This document shows, piece by piece, positions 1 to 9,611 of a stretch of DNA of 64,000 nt. The DNA is from Ignavibacteriota bacterium (GTDB lineage: Bacteria > Bacteroidota > Ignavibacteria > UBA10030 > UBA6906), in NCBI GenBank assembly GCA_003158475.1, contig PMJR01000103.1, positions 9,538 to 73,537 of the forward strand, given 5' to 3'. The notes beneath the pieces are model-generated. The model did not search any database. It worked only from the letters and a program-made list of their open reading frames with translations, and was not told the origin of the DNA. Numbering within the stretch: position 1 is the stretch's first letter; every line of letters begins with the position of its first letter. Made by a program: the position numbers and the translations under genes.

Positions 1-1726
1 ATCCGCGGGTGAACTCCACCGCGTCCCGGTGGAAGTGGATCCATGTCTCGAGATCACAGAGATCGCATCGCGGGCGATCCGGGAGGGAAAACCCGCCCTC
101 CTCTTCGAGCGCGTGAAGGGATCCGCGTATCCGGTGGTGGTAAACGCGCTGGCGAGCGACAGGCGCTGCGAGCTCGCGCTCCAGGCTCACCCCGGGGAGC
201 TGGGTGAGCAGCTGGTCCGGTTCATGGAGGATGCCTTTCCCCCGAAGCTCTCCACGCTCGTCGCCCACAGGAAAACCGCCGCACGATTCCTCCACACGCC
301 CGTCCGCATGGTGCGAAACGCCCCTTCCCAGGAGATCACCGGGGAGCCGGACCTGGATTCCCTCCCGGTCCTCACCTGCTGGCCCGGGGACGGAGGGCGT
401 TTCATCACGCTCCCCCAGGTCGTGACGTACGACCCGGCGAACGGGAAGCGGAACATGGGGATGTACCGGATGCAGGTGTTCGACGGTCGGACGACCGGGA
501 TGCACTGGCAGATACAGAAGGGAGGGGGGTTCCACTACGTCCAGGCCGAGAAACTGGGAAGACCGCTGGAACTCGCCGTGGCGATCGGGACCGATCCGGC
601 GCTCCTTCTGGCGACGGTTGCGCCGCTCCCGGAAAATATCGACGAAGCGATGTTCGCGGGGTTCCTGAGGGGCAAGAGAACCCAATTCGTCAGGGGGAAA
701 TCGATCTCCATTGCCGTTCCCGCCGATGCCGAGTTCATACTCGAAGGGATCGTCCGGCCGGGCGAACGGAGGATGGAAGGTCCGTTCGGGGATCACTTCG
801 GCCACTATTCGCATGCGGCGCCGTTCCCTGTATTTCACGTGAGTGCAATCACGCGGCGCCGGGATCCCGTTTTTCCCGCGACTGTTGTGGGGATCCCTCC
901 CATGGAGGACAAGTTCCTGGGGGATGCGACGCAGTTGATACTCTCGCCGCTTCTACGGCTGCTGCACGCCGAAGTCACGTCGATGTGGGCATACTACGAG
1001 GCGGGGTTTCACAACCTCCTTGTGGTCGCCGTGGACCAGCGCTACGGCAAGGAGGCGATGAAGACCGCGCTCGGCCTGATGGGTATGTCGCAGCTCTCCC
1101 TCACCAAGTGCATCATACTTGTCAGTGAGGGGGTCGACGTCCGGAAATTCTCCGACGTCATGCGGGAGGTGAGGCAAAACTACGATCCGCATTTTGATTT
1201 CGTCATGATCCCCCGGGTCCCCCTTGACACGCTCGACTTCACAAGCGCCAGGATGAACCTGGGGAGCAAGATGATACTCGACGCGACGAGGAAGGAGCGA
1301 CCGGGCCCGGGGCGCACGGCAGGGGGGCGGCCGCGAATCCCGCCGCTCCGACCGCTCGACCGGAGGATCGTGGACCAGAACCTTGTCGATGATGCAATGC
1401 TCATCGTCACAGTGCGCAGGGACGGGATGCAGGTGCTCAAAAAGCTGCTGAAGCATGCTCCTCTCGGATCGCTTCCCCTGATCGTGACGGTGAGCGAGGA
1501 CGTCGATATCCGCGACCGGGAAAACACTCTCTGGGGAATATTCACCCGCTTCGATTGTGAGAGAGATGTCCTCTTCGCCGAGCAGAAGCTCATAGGAATA
1601 AGCCCGGTGTACGGGGGTGCCATGGGGATCGACGCAACCTGGAAACCGGGGTACCCCGCCCCTCTGGCGATGACGGAGGAAGTGAAAAAGAGAGTCGAGG
1701 AACGCTGGGACGACTACTGGCGTTAG
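1..1726 (+). CDS. UbiD-family decarboxylase, menaquinone (futalosine-route, SCO4490-like) type; 5' end cut by window edge
   Basis: The frame of ORF 29..1726 stays open back to nt 2, so the true N-terminus is upstream of the window. UbiD-like layout and motifs are present (GKPALLFERVKGS, GGRFITLPQVVT, MGMYRMQV, HWQIQKGGG, EGPFGDHFGHY). It lies directly upstream of the mqn radical-SAM genes. Confidence 0.85.
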   Translation, partial: SAGELHRVPVEVDPCLEITEIASRAIREGKPALLFERVKGSAYPVVVNALASDRRCELALQAHPGELGEQLVRFMEDAFPPKLSTLVAHRKTAARFLHTPVRMVRNAPSQEITGEPDLDSLPVLTCWPGDGGRFITLPQVVTYDPANGKRNMGMYRMQVFDGRTTGMHWQIQKGGGFHYVQAEKLGRPLELAVAIGTDPALLLATVAPLPENIDEAMFAGFLRGKRTQFVRGKSISIAVPADAEFILEGIVRPGERRMEGPFGDHFGHYSHAAPFPVFHVSAITRRRDPVFPATVVGIPPMEDKFLGDATQLILSPLLRLLHAEVTSMWAYYEAGFHNLLVVAVDQRYGKEAMKTALGLMGMSQLSLTKCIILVSEGVDVRKFSDVMREVRQNYDPHFDFVMIPRVPLDTLDFTSARMNLGSKMILDATRKERPGPGRTAGGRPRIPPLRPLDRRIVDQNLVDDAMLIVTVRRDGMQVLKKLLKHAPLGSLPLIVTVSEDVDIRDRENTLWGIFTRFDCERDVLFAEQKLIGISPVYGGAMGIDATWKPGYPAPLAMTEEVKKRVEERWDDYWR

Positions 1727-1748
1727 ATGTCCCGGGAACAGAAAGAAA

Positions 1749-3641
1749 GTGAGGGCGAGCATGCACATACGCGACAGAAACCTGATACCGGTCTGGGAAA
1801 AGATACAGCGCGGGGAGAGACTGACGCTCGATGACGGCCTGAGGGCGTACACCTCCGGAGACCTCATCGGGCTCGGGGCGATGGCCGGGGCCGTCCAGAA
1901 GGACAAGAGCGGGGACGCTGTCTACTTCGTCCTCAATCAGAAAATCGAACCTACAAATGTGTGCGTCCTCTCGTGCAAATTCTGCGACTTTGCCGTCAGA
2001 AAAGGGGATCCCCGGGCATACGAGATGTCCGTAGAGGAGATACTCGGGAAGCTCAGCCCTGAGATCCGCGAAGTGCACATCACCGGGGGGATGCCCCCCG
2101 ACTGGCCGTGGGACCGCTACCTGGAGATCCTCAAGGCGGTGCACGACCGCCTGCCGGAGGCGGATATCAAGGCGTTCACTGCAGTGGAGATCGATTTCTT
2201 CCACAAAAAATTCAGGATGCCGGTAGCGGAGGTCCTCCGCCAGCTCCAGTCGGTGGGGCTGCGCACGATGCCGGGGGGAGGCGCCGAGGTTTTTTCCGAG
2301 CGTGTCCGGAGACTCCTCTTTCATCAGAAGATCGGTGCGAAGGCGTGGCTCGACATACACAGGACAGCCCACCGTCTGGGAATCCCGACAAACAGCACGC
2401 TCCTCTACGGCCACATCGAGACACTGGAGGAACGTCTCACACACATGATCCGGCTGCGTGAGCTGCAGGATGAAACGGGGGGCTTTCTCACGTTCATCCC
2501 CCTTGCGTTCCAGCCGGGAGAGACCGGCATCAAGCCCGCGAACCGCTTCACCTCTGCTGCCGACGACCTGCGGACGATCGCCCTCTCGAGGCTCATGCTG
2601 GACAACATCCCGCACATCAAGGCCTACTGGGTGATGTTGACCGGGGAAGTCGCCTCCGTCGCGCTGAATTTCGGGGCCGACGACATGGACGGGACGGTGG
2701 GGGGCGAGAAGATCGCCCATGACGCGGGGGCCCTGAGTCCCATGACGATGGCCAAGGAAACGATCATCCGCCTGATCAGGGACGCGGGGAAAATACCGGT
2801 GGAGCGGGACGCGTACTACAACCCGCTGCATGTCTATCATGACAGGGTCGTCGGGAAGATCCCCTATCTCAATTCCGTTCCGTTTTATGCACGGCTCGAA
2901 AGGCGGGGTTTCCGGATCCTTCCCGTGGTGCCGAGGCGTATGGGCATTCTGAGTGCGCTTGGGGAAATCGACGCGGGCCTCTTCTCGCTGATGGACTACC
3001 TGCGCCAGGAAAATGACATGGAGCTGATGGGGTGGTGTATCGCGACGCGTGACCAGGTGAAGAGCGTGATGCTCTTTTCAAAAGGAGGGTGGCGTGAACT
3101 CGACGGCTCGAGGATAGGGATTACGGACGACACCGCCACGTCCGTCCAGCTTCTGAACGTCCTGCTTGAGAAGAAGTACGGCGTCCATGCCCGGTTCGAA
3201 CGGCTTCATCAGGGGGTGAACGCCTACGACGGATTGGGTGCGGTGCTCCTGATCGGGGACGAAGCTCTCCGCAGGAACAAGCACGGGCTCAAAGGGTTCG
3301 ATCTTGTCTACGACCTTGCACGCGAGTGGTACGAATGGCAAAAGCTCCCCTTCGTGTTCGCGGTCTGGGCGGTGCGCCGCTCGGTTCCCCCTGCCGTCAA
3401 GGAAGAGCTGAGCGGTCTGTTGAAGCAATCGCTGGAATCGGCAGGGGGAGACTTCGTGCCGCTGGCGGGCACGCACGGCCGCAGGATCGGGCTCACCGAT
3501 GCGGAAACCCAGGAATACCTTTCGGGCTTCAACTACTCGCTCGGCGAACGGGAACGGGAAGCGATCGCGGTGTTCCGACGCCTCCTCCCGGCCGTCGCTT
3601 CCGGAGCACTTGCCTCCTCACGTGACATGGAGGCACGATGA
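1749..3641 (+). CDS. mqnE: Fusion protein: radical-SAM aminofutalosine synthase-like (MqnE-type) N-terminal domain + MqnA-like (chorismate dehydratase fold) C-terminal domain
   Basis: One uninterrupted ORF, starting at GTG 1749 or ATG 1761. aa ~1-365 form a radical-SAM core (CVLSCKFCDFA, ITGGMPPDW, PGGGAEVF) of the MqnE/MqnC/CofH clade. aa ~367-630 (nt ~2847-3638) form an MqnA/MqnD-type binding-protein-like fold (VVGKIPYLNSVPFY, PFVFAVWAVRR). Choosing MqnE rather than MqnC from the FCDFA variant is from memory. Confidence 0.75.
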   Translation: MRASMHIRDRNLIPVWEKIQRGERLTLDDGLRAYTSGDLIGLGAMAGAVQKDKSGDAVYFVLNQKIEPTNVCVLSCKFCDFAVRKGDPRAYEMSVEEILGKLSPEIREVHITGGMPPDWPWDRYLEILKAVHDRLPEADIKAFTAVEIDFFHKKFRMPVAEVLRQLQSVGLRTMPGGGAEVFSERVRRLLFHQKIGAKAWLDIHRTAHRLGIPTNSTLLYGHIETLEERLTHMIRLRELQDETGGFLTFIPLAFQPGETGIKPANRFTSAADDLRTIALSRLMLDNIPHIKAYWVMLTGEVASVALNFGADDMDGTVGGEKIAHDAGALSPMTMAKETIIRLIRDAGKIPVERDAYYNPLHVYHDRVVGKIPYLNSVPFYARLERRGFRILPVVPRRMGILSALGEIDAGLFSLMDYLRQENDMELMGWCIATRDQVKSVMLFSKGGWRELDGSRIGITDDTATSVQLLNVLLEKKYGVHARFERLHQGVNAYDGLGAVLLIGDEALRRNKHGLKGFDLVYDLAREWYEWQKLPFVFAVWAVRRSVPPAVKEELSGLLKQSLESAGGDFVPLAGTHGRRIGLTDAETQEYLSGFNYSLGEREREAIAVFRRLLPAVASGALASSRDMEAR

Positions 3642-4735
3642 CACTCTCGGCAATCTGTGCGAAGGCGTGTGCCGGCGGAAGGCTCTCCCCCGCGGAGGGT
3701 CTGGATCTCCTCGCGCATGCGGAATTGCTCGAACTCGGCGGCACGGCCAACGAGATCCGTTTCAGGAAGAACCCTGAACCGCGCGTGACGTTCCACGTGG
3801 ACACCAACCCGAACTACACAAACGTCTGCAACGTCGACTGCATCTTCTGCGCATTCTACAGGCATCCCGGGGAGGAGGGGGCATATACCCATTCCGTCGA
3901 TACCATGATCGTGAAGTTCAGGGAATCCGCGGCCAACGGAGTCACGACGATTCTCCTTCAGGGAGGGGTCAACCCCGCGCTTCCGTTCGGGTATTACGTC
4001 GAGCTTGTCGAACGGACTCTCCGTGAAGTCCCCGGAGTCACCCCCCATTTCTTCTCAACGTCGGAAATACTCGGGATGGCGCGCGTTGCCCATCTCACAG
4101 TTCCGGACGTGCTCCGGCGCCTCTGGGATGCCGGGCTCCGCACGATTCCGGGAGGGGGAGCGGAGATCCTCTCCGACAGGGTGAAGAAAAAGATCAGCCA
4201 CCTGAAGGGATCGAGCGCAGAGTGGGCGGACGTGATGAGGGAGGCGCACAGGATAGGATACAAGACGACCGCCACGATGATGTACGGGCACCTCGAGACC
4301 GACGAGGACATCATCACGCACCTCGATCTCGTCCGGGCCCTGCAGGACGAATACCACGGGTTCACCGCGTTCATTCCCTGGAGCTTCAAGCCGGGAAACA
4401 CCCCGCTGGAGAAGATCATCCCCGAGTACGCGACCCCGGTGCGCTACCTGAAGATGATCGCGCTGGCCCGCATCTATCTCGACAATTTCCCGCACATTCA
4501 GGCTTCCTGGTTCTCGGAAGGGAAGAAGACCGGACAGATAGCGCTGCATTTCGGGGCGGACGATTTCGGAGGGACACTGCAGGAAGAAAACGTGCATGCC
4601 GCCGCACGCTTTGTAAACAAAACGAGCACGGGGGAGTGCATCGCAATGATACACGACTCGGGGTTCGCCGCCGCGCAGCGGAACACGGTCTATGACATCC
4701 TTCGCGTCTACGAAGCCCCGTCGGTGGCGGCGTGA
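3638..4735 (+). CDS. mqnC: Radical-SAM cyclic dehypoxanthinyl futalosine synthase-like (MqnC-type)
   Basis: ATGA start/stop overlap with the upstream ORF. Motifs NYTNVCNVDCIFCAFYR, ILLQGGVNP and PGGGAEIL match the MqnC/CofH-like layout. Confidence 0.75.
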   Translation: MTLSAICAKACAGGRLSPAEGLDLLAHAELLELGGTANEIRFRKNPEPRVTFHVDTNPNYTNVCNVDCIFCAFYRHPGEEGAYTHSVDTMIVKFRESAANGVTTILLQGGVNPALPFGYYVELVERTLREVPGVTPHFFSTSEILGMARVAHLTVPDVLRRLWDAGLRTIPGGGAEILSDRVKKKISHLKGSSAEWADVMREAHRIGYKTTATMMYGHLETDEDIITHLDLVRALQDEYHGFTAFIPWSFKPGNTPLEKIIPEYATPVRYLKMIALARIYLDNFPHIQASWFSEGKKTGQIALHFGADDFGGTLQEENVHAAARFVNKTSTGECIAMIHDSGFAAAQRNTVYDILRVYEAPSVAA

Positions 4736-4745
4736 GGCTCCCCGC

Positions 4746-5582
4746 TCAGTAGAGGGCGATACCGGGGACGCGCGCGATGAGCCCGCGCTCGTGCGCGGAG
4801 CGGAAGAGGTACTCCAGCGCCTGTTTCCCCTTCTCACCCATGTCGATCGTCAGCTCGCTGACGTACATCTTCACGAATTTCTCCCCCAGCGCCCTGTCGA
4901 TCCCCCGCCCCCACTGGAGGGCATAAGGAATCGATTCGTCCTGGTGGGCGTATCCGTACGCGATGCTCTCGCGCAGGCCGCCCGAGAGCTTCCCGGCCAA
5001 CTCCTCACCGAGGTCCTTCCTCACGACGTCCAGCCCGAGAGGGAGGGGGAGACCGTGCGTCTTTTCCTGCCAGAACTCGCCGAAGTCGATCACCTTATGA
5101 TATCCGAGCGATCCGTATGTGATCTGCCCCTCATGGATCAGGAGTCCCGCATCGATTTCCTCCCTGTCGACGGCCCCCATGATCGCATCAAACGGCATAT
5201 CGACGTTCCGTATCCCTTCCGTGAATGTCTTGAACAGGAGCGTGGCGGTGGTGAGAGGGCCCGGGGTGCCGACGGTCTTCCCGCGAAGTTCGCCGAGCGA
5301 CCTGTAGCGGCGGGAGATCAGAACGGGTCCGTACCCCTCTCCCATGCTGGCACCTGTCCTCATGATCCAGTACCTGTCGGCGACGGCGCTGAAAGCGTGT
5401 GCGGAGATGGCGGTCACCTCCAGCTCGGCCCGGATCGCCCGCTCGTTGAGGGACTGTATGTCTTCGAGCAGGTGTTCAATCAGGATGCCGGGGAGCTTCA
5501 CTTTCCCGCTGGCGAGCCCGTAAAACATAAACGCATCGTCGGGATCCGGACTGTGTCCCACCCTGATTGTGCGGTCTGTCAT
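4746..5582 (-). CDS. mqnD: 1,4-dihydroxy-6-naphthoate synthase (MqnD)
   Basis: Start moved to ATG 5582 (MTDRTIRVGHSPDPDDAFMFYGL...). The 114 extra codons in the ORF-track call are Arg/Pro-rich and overlap the upstream GNAT gene. MqnA/MqnD family with the HSPDPDD and LLIHEGQ motifs. Confidence 0.85.
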   Translation of the reverse strand: MTDRTIRVGHSPDPDDAFMFYGLASGKVKLPGILIEHLLEDIQSLNERAIRAELEVTAISAHAFSAVADRYWIMRTGASMGEGYGPVLISRRYRSLGELRGKTVGTPGPLTTATLLFKTFTEGIRNVDMPFDAIMGAVDREEIDAGLLIHEGQITYGSLGYHKVIDFGEFWQEKTHGLPLPLGLDVVRKDLGEELAGKLSGGLRESIAYGYAHQDESIPYALQWGRGIDRALGEKFVKMYVSELTIDMGEKGKQALEYLFRSAHERGLIARVPGIALY

Positions 5583-6031
5583 TTGTTCAGCTTCCTGTAG
5601 ATGTCGGGGTTGCTGATCTCCATGTAGCGCTCGGGGTGCCGCGGGACGTCGAATCCGAAAGGCCTGTACAGCCCGTGGGCGTCGCGTGTCAGAAGGCTCC
5701 AGCGGCGCAGCCCCTGGAGGTCCGGGTGCGACGTGATGCACTGCATCAGGAGCTTCCCCACCCCGTCGCCGCGGAACGGTTCGAGGACGAACACGTCCGC
5801 GATGTACGCATACGTCGCCCGGTCGCTTATCACACGGGCGAAACCGATCTGCGCTTCCCCCCGGTACGCGCCGAAGCAGAGGGAGCCGCGTATCGAACGT
5901 TCCACGATCTCCCGGGGAATACACTCCGCCCAGTGACTCCGGCTGAGGAACCCGTGAATGATGTCGATATTCAGTCGGGCCGGGTCCGTCGAGACCTCTG
6001 TTCCGCCTGTGCGGAGTGTGTGGTGGACCAT
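5579..6031 (-). CDS. GNAT-family N-acetyltransferase (150 aa)
   Basis: GNAT core with acyl-CoA motif (VFVLEPFRGDGVGKLLM). Its stop overlaps the mqnD start (ATGA at 5579-5582). Its start is 1 nt from the menG/ubiE stop. Confidence 0.8.
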   Translation of the reverse strand: MVHHTLRTGGTEVSTDPARLNIDIIHGFLSRSHWAECIPREIVERSIRGSLCFGAYRGEAQIGFARVISDRATYAYIADVFVLEPFRGDGVGKLLMQCITSHPDLQGLRRWSLLTRDAHGLYRPFGFDVPRHPERYMEISNPDIYRKLNK

Positions 6032-6032
6032 G

Positions 6033-6824
6033 TCACTTCTCGGCAGTGTAGATCGATGCGATGCCGAACGTCAGGCGCTCGGCGTGCGTCCGGGTGAATC
6101 CCGCGGATATCAATAGTGCCAAAAACTCATCCCCTTCAGGGAACACCATCACGCTCGCGGGGAGGTATGCGTACGCCTCGCTGTTGCCGGAGAGAAGACG
6201 GCCGATGAGAGGGATCACATTCAAAAAATAGAACAGGTAGATCTGCCGGAACGGGAAGCGGCGCGGCCGCGAAAACTCCAGGACAACGAGCTTCCCCCCG
6301 GGGCGGAGGACCCTGCGCATCTCCGCGAGGCCGCCGTCAAGCCTTTCGAAATTGCGGACGCCGAAAGCGACGATTGCCGCATCGAACGACCCCTCTGCAA
6401 ACGGGAGACTCTCGGCCTCCCCGTTCCGGAGAGAGACGATTCCGGAGAGCCCCCGCGCGGCCAGTTTCTTCCGGCCCAGAGCGAGCATTTCATCGGCGAT
6501 GTCGACTCCCACCACCTCGCGGGGTGCGAGCCGGGCGGCGGCAATCGCAAAATCGGCGGTACCCGTCGCGACATCGAGTATCCGCCCGCCCGCCACGGGC
6601 CGCAGGTGGTTGATCGCCCTGCGCCGCCAGTATGTGTCGACGCCTCCGCTCAGCAGGTGGTTGAGCAAGTCGTACCGGCGGGCGATGGAATCGAACAGGG
6701 AGCGGACGTACTGTTTCTGCACAACCGTGAGCCGAACTGTGAGCCCGAAAATACGAAATGTGCGGAAGAGTTCCAAGGCTCCGGTGTTCGTCCCCCGGGC
6801 GGGGAGGGTTCCCCCGTCCGGCAT
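6033..6824 (-). CDS. menG: Demethylmenaquinone/ubiquinone C-methyltransferase (UbiE/MenG)
   Basis: Motifs LFDSIARRYDLLNHLLSGGVDTYWRR and ILDVATGTADFA (SAM site). The start is uncertain: ATG 6824 is preferred because it abuts the divergent aroB promoter, with alternatives ATG 6887 and GTG 6722. Confidence 0.85.
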   Translation of the reverse strand: MPDGGTLPARGTNTGALELFRTFRIFGLTVRLTVVQKQYVRSLFDSIARRYDLLNHLLSGGVDTYWRRRAINHLRPVAGGRILDVATGTADFAIAAARLAPREVVGVDIADEMLALGRKKLAARGLSGIVSLRNGEAESLPFAEGSFDAAIVAFGVRNFERLDGGLAEMRRVLRPGGKLVVLEFSRPRRFPFRQIYLFYFLNVIPLIGRLLSGNSEAYAYLPASVMVFPEGDEFLALLISAGFTRTHAERLTFGIASIYTAEK

Positions 6825-6825
6825 A

Positions 6826-6854
6826 TTGACATTGTACGCCGATTCGTGTATACT
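6826..6854 (+). promoter_or_regulatory. sigma70-type promoter candidate for the aroB operon (TTGACA-N17-TATACT)
   Basis: TTGACA at 6826-6831, a 17-nt spacer, then TATACT at 6849-6854. This leaves a leader of about 85 nt before ATG 6947. Confidence 0.55.
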
Positions 6855-6946
6855 CTTGAAAAGGCGCCGAGAGAGCCTGACCTTCATCCGGGAGCGGTGA
6901 GGGTCTTTTTGTTTTGCCGCGCACCCCCACAGCACAGCGACTGGCA

Positions 6947-8056
6947 ATGACCCGAATCCGCGTCCGCCTGGATGCACTCCGCGACAGGTCGTACACCGTG
7001 GAGATCCGGCCGGGAATTCTTGCCGAGGTTCCCCTGCTCCTCTCCCGCTCGGAAGGGAAGAGGCGCATGTTCGTCATCACCGACTCGAACGTCACACGGT
7101 ACTACGGCCGCGCGCTCAACAGCAAACTCGCGGCCGCCGGGTGCGAAGTCACGGTGCTGGATGTCCCGGCGGGAGAGCGCTCGAAGGGTTCCCCGACGGT
7201 GAACTTTCTGTACACCAAAGTCTTCCGCGGGGGGATCAGGCGGGACAGCCTCATCATCGCTCTGGGCGGCGGGGTGATCGGGGACCTCGCCGGGTACATC
7301 GCAGCAACGGTGTTGCGCGGCGTGCGGCTCGTGCAGATCCCCACGACGCTCCTTGCCCAGGTGGACAGCAGCGTCGGAGGGAAAGTGGGGATTGATCATC
7401 CCGCGGGGAAAAACCTGATCGGGGCCTTCCACCAGCCTTCGGCGGTCTACATCGATCCGGAGGCTCTCCTGACTCTCCCCCCGGATGAGTTCAGAAACGG
7501 ATTCGCCGAGGTTATAAAGATTGCCGCCGCGCTTGATGCTCCCTTCTTCGCCAACATCGAGCGAAACGCCCAGCGCATCAGGAGGGAGAATACGGCTCTC
7601 AACGCGAAGATCCTGGAAACTGCGGTAGCACTGAAAGCCTCGGTAGTCGAAAAAGACGAGCGTGAAACCGGGCTGAGGCGTGTGCTTAACCTGGGGCATA
7701 CGATCGGCCACGCCCTGGAATCCTCCGGCGGGTTCGCCCTGAAACACGGCCAGGCGGTCGCGATCGGCATGGCGGTCGAAGCGCGTATCTCCAGGGAACT
7801 CGGGCTCCTCGGGGCGTCGGACTGTCAGAGGCTGACAGCGATGCTGGAGGCCGCGGACCTCCCCGTTACGCCTCCCCGGAGCATCAACGAGCGGGCGTTC
7901 ATGTCAGCGATCGCGCTGGACAAAAAATCCGACGTGTCGGGGACGCGGTTCGTTCTCCTCCGCAGGATAGGCGAATGCGCCCCCGGTGTCCCCGTCCCGG
8001 CCGATCTCATTCGGAAAACGATGGGTCTTGTCTCTAAGAAGAGTACGCATGGCTGA
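6947..8056 (+). CDS. aroB: 3-dehydroquinate synthase
   Basis: Motifs GGGVIGDLAGYIAATVLRGVRLVQIPTTLLAQVDSSVGGK and LNLGHTIGHALE. ATG 6947 is preferred over TTG 6914. Confidence 0.9.
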   Translation: MTRIRVRLDALRDRSYTVEIRPGILAEVPLLLSRSEGKRRMFVITDSNVTRYYGRALNSKLAAAGCEVTVLDVPAGERSKGSPTVNFLYTKVFRGGIRRDSLIIALGGGVIGDLAGYIAATVLRGVRLVQIPTTLLAQVDSSVGGKVGIDHPAGKNLIGAFHQPSAVYIDPEALLTLPPDEFRNGFAEVIKIAAALDAPFFANIERNAQRIRRENTALNAKILETAVALKASVVEKDERETGLRRVLNLGHTIGHALESSGGFALKHGQAVAIGMAVEARISRELGLLGASDCQRLTAMLEAADLPVTPPRSINERAFMSAIALDKKSDVSGTRFVLLRRIGECAPGVPVPADLIRKTMGLVSKKSTHG

Positions 8057-8104
8057 ACGCCGGGAGCGTGATCGTGTCTCCCTGCGGCGGAAACCGGAGA
8101 ATGG

Positions 8105-9565
8105 ATGATCATCGTTTCGATCACCGGCCCGCGGATGTCGGACGCACTTGAACAGGTCGCGGCCTCGGATCCATGGGCGGACATGTTTGAATTCCGGTTC
8201 GATCGTATTCGCAAACCGGAGCTCGCCAGGCTCCTCCTCTCGACGCGCAAGCCGGTGATTGCGACTTGCAGGCCTGTCTGGGAGCGGGGGGAATTCCGGG
8301 GTTCGGAAGAGGAGCGTCTCGACATACTCGCGGCGGCGTCACTGCTGGGGGCGGAGTACGTGGATATCGAATTGCGCGCAGGCGCGAGGGTTCTGGGCCA
8401 GTTCCTCGGCCGGCGCCGCGAGAGCAGCGTGATCGTCTCCTACCATGCTCCCCCCGGCACGCGGGTCAGCATCGGTGCGCTCTACAGGAGGATGAGGGGT
8501 ACGGGGGCCGACATACTCAAGTTTGCCTTTGACGCGCACGATGCCTGGGAGAACCGGATCGCGTTCGATTTCCTCCGGCGTGCCGGGAGCGACCGGCAGC
8601 GGGCGATCGCTATCGCGATGGGTGAGGCGGGGGAGCCGAGCAGGGTGCTGTACCGGGTGTTCGGAGGGTGGGGGACGTACGCGGCCCCGGAATCGGGGAG
8701 AGCGGCGGCCCCGGGGCAGCTGACTGCGCGCGTCCTGTCAGATCTTTACAGGGCCGAACGGCTCAGGCCTTCCACGAAAATATTCGGCGTTGTGGGAAAT
8801 CCGGTCCGGCAGAGCCGGGGGATTTTCGTCCACAATCCCCTCTTCGCGCGTGCTGAAAAGAACTCCGTGTACTGCAGATTTGCCGTCACGGACCTGGGCA
8901 GGTTCTTCTCCCGCATGGTTCCCCTTGTACAGGGATTCAGCGTCACGCATCCCCACAAAGTGGAGATCGGAAAGTACCTGGACTCCATGGATAAGATCTC
9001 CCGTTCCATCGGTGCTGTCAACACGGTGATCAGGAGGGGGGGGCGTCTCACCGGGACAAATACGGATGCCCCCGCGGCTCTCGATGCAATCGAACATGTA
9101 TCTCCCGTCAAGGGGAAACGAATGCTGATTATGGGTGCGGGGGGGGCTGCCAGAGCGATCGCATTCGAAGCAATGCGTCGCGGCGCGCTGGTGATTGTGA
9201 CAGGACGAACCCCCCGGGCGGCACGGCGCCTGGCGAGGGAATTCGGAATCGTGTATGTGCCGATTTCCGGCTTCCGCGGTGTGGAAGCCGATATACTCGT
9301 CAATGCAACCCCGGTCGGGATGGCTCCGCACTCGCATGAATCCCCTTTCCCCCCGCATATGCTCAGGGGAAAGACAGTCTTCGATGCGGTATACAACCCC
9401 CCCCTGACGCGGCTCCTGCGTGAAGCGGCGGGTGCCGGGGCGAAGATCGTCCGGGGGACCGACATGTACATCAACCAGGCCGCGATGCAATTTGAACTCT
9501 ATGCGGGGGTTTCCGCGAACGTCTCCCTCATGAAGAAACTCCTGCTGCAGGGGGAAGAATCATGA
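8105..9565 (+). CDS. aroE: Bifunctional type I 3-dehydroquinate dehydratase / shikimate 5-dehydrogenase (AroD-AroE fusion)
   Basis: The N-terminal ~220 aa are type I DHQase-like (IIVSITGP..., EFRFD, KFAF). The C-terminal ~265 aa are AroE-like (FGVVGNPVRQSRGIFVHN, GAGGAARAI, NATPVGM). Confidence 0.85.
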   Translation: MIIVSITGPRMSDALEQVAASDPWADMFEFRFDRIRKPELARLLLSTRKPVIATCRPVWERGEFRGSEEERLDILAAASLLGAEYVDIELRAGARVLGQFLGRRRESSVIVSYHAPPGTRVSIGALYRRMRGTGADILKFAFDAHDAWENRIAFDFLRRAGSDRQRAIAIAMGEAGEPSRVLYRVFGGWGTYAAPESGRAAAPGQLTARVLSDLYRAERLRPSTKIFGVVGNPVRQSRGIFVHNPLFARAEKNSVYCRFAVTDLGRFFSRMVPLVQGFSVTHPHKVEIGKYLDSMDKISRSIGAVNTVIRRGGRLTGTNTDAPAALDAIEHVSPVKGKRMLIMGAGGAARAIAFEAMRRGALVIVTGRTPRAARRLAREFGIVYVPISGFRGVEADILVNATPVGMAPHSHESPFPPHMLRGKTVFDAVYNPPLTRLLREAAGAGAKIVRGTDMYINQAAMQFELYAGVSANVSLMKKLLLQGEES

Positions 9566-9611
9566 TCAGGCACATGGAGAAGACGGTCGTCGACTACGAG
9601 CTCCCCGGGCC

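Noticed and set aside
4736-4775. Inverted repeat TCCCCG...CGGGGA between the convergent mqnC and mqnD genes, as a bidirectional terminator.
   Set aside because: It has only a 6-bp stem with a ~26-nt loop, lies mostly inside the mqnD coding sequence, and has no U-tract on either strand.
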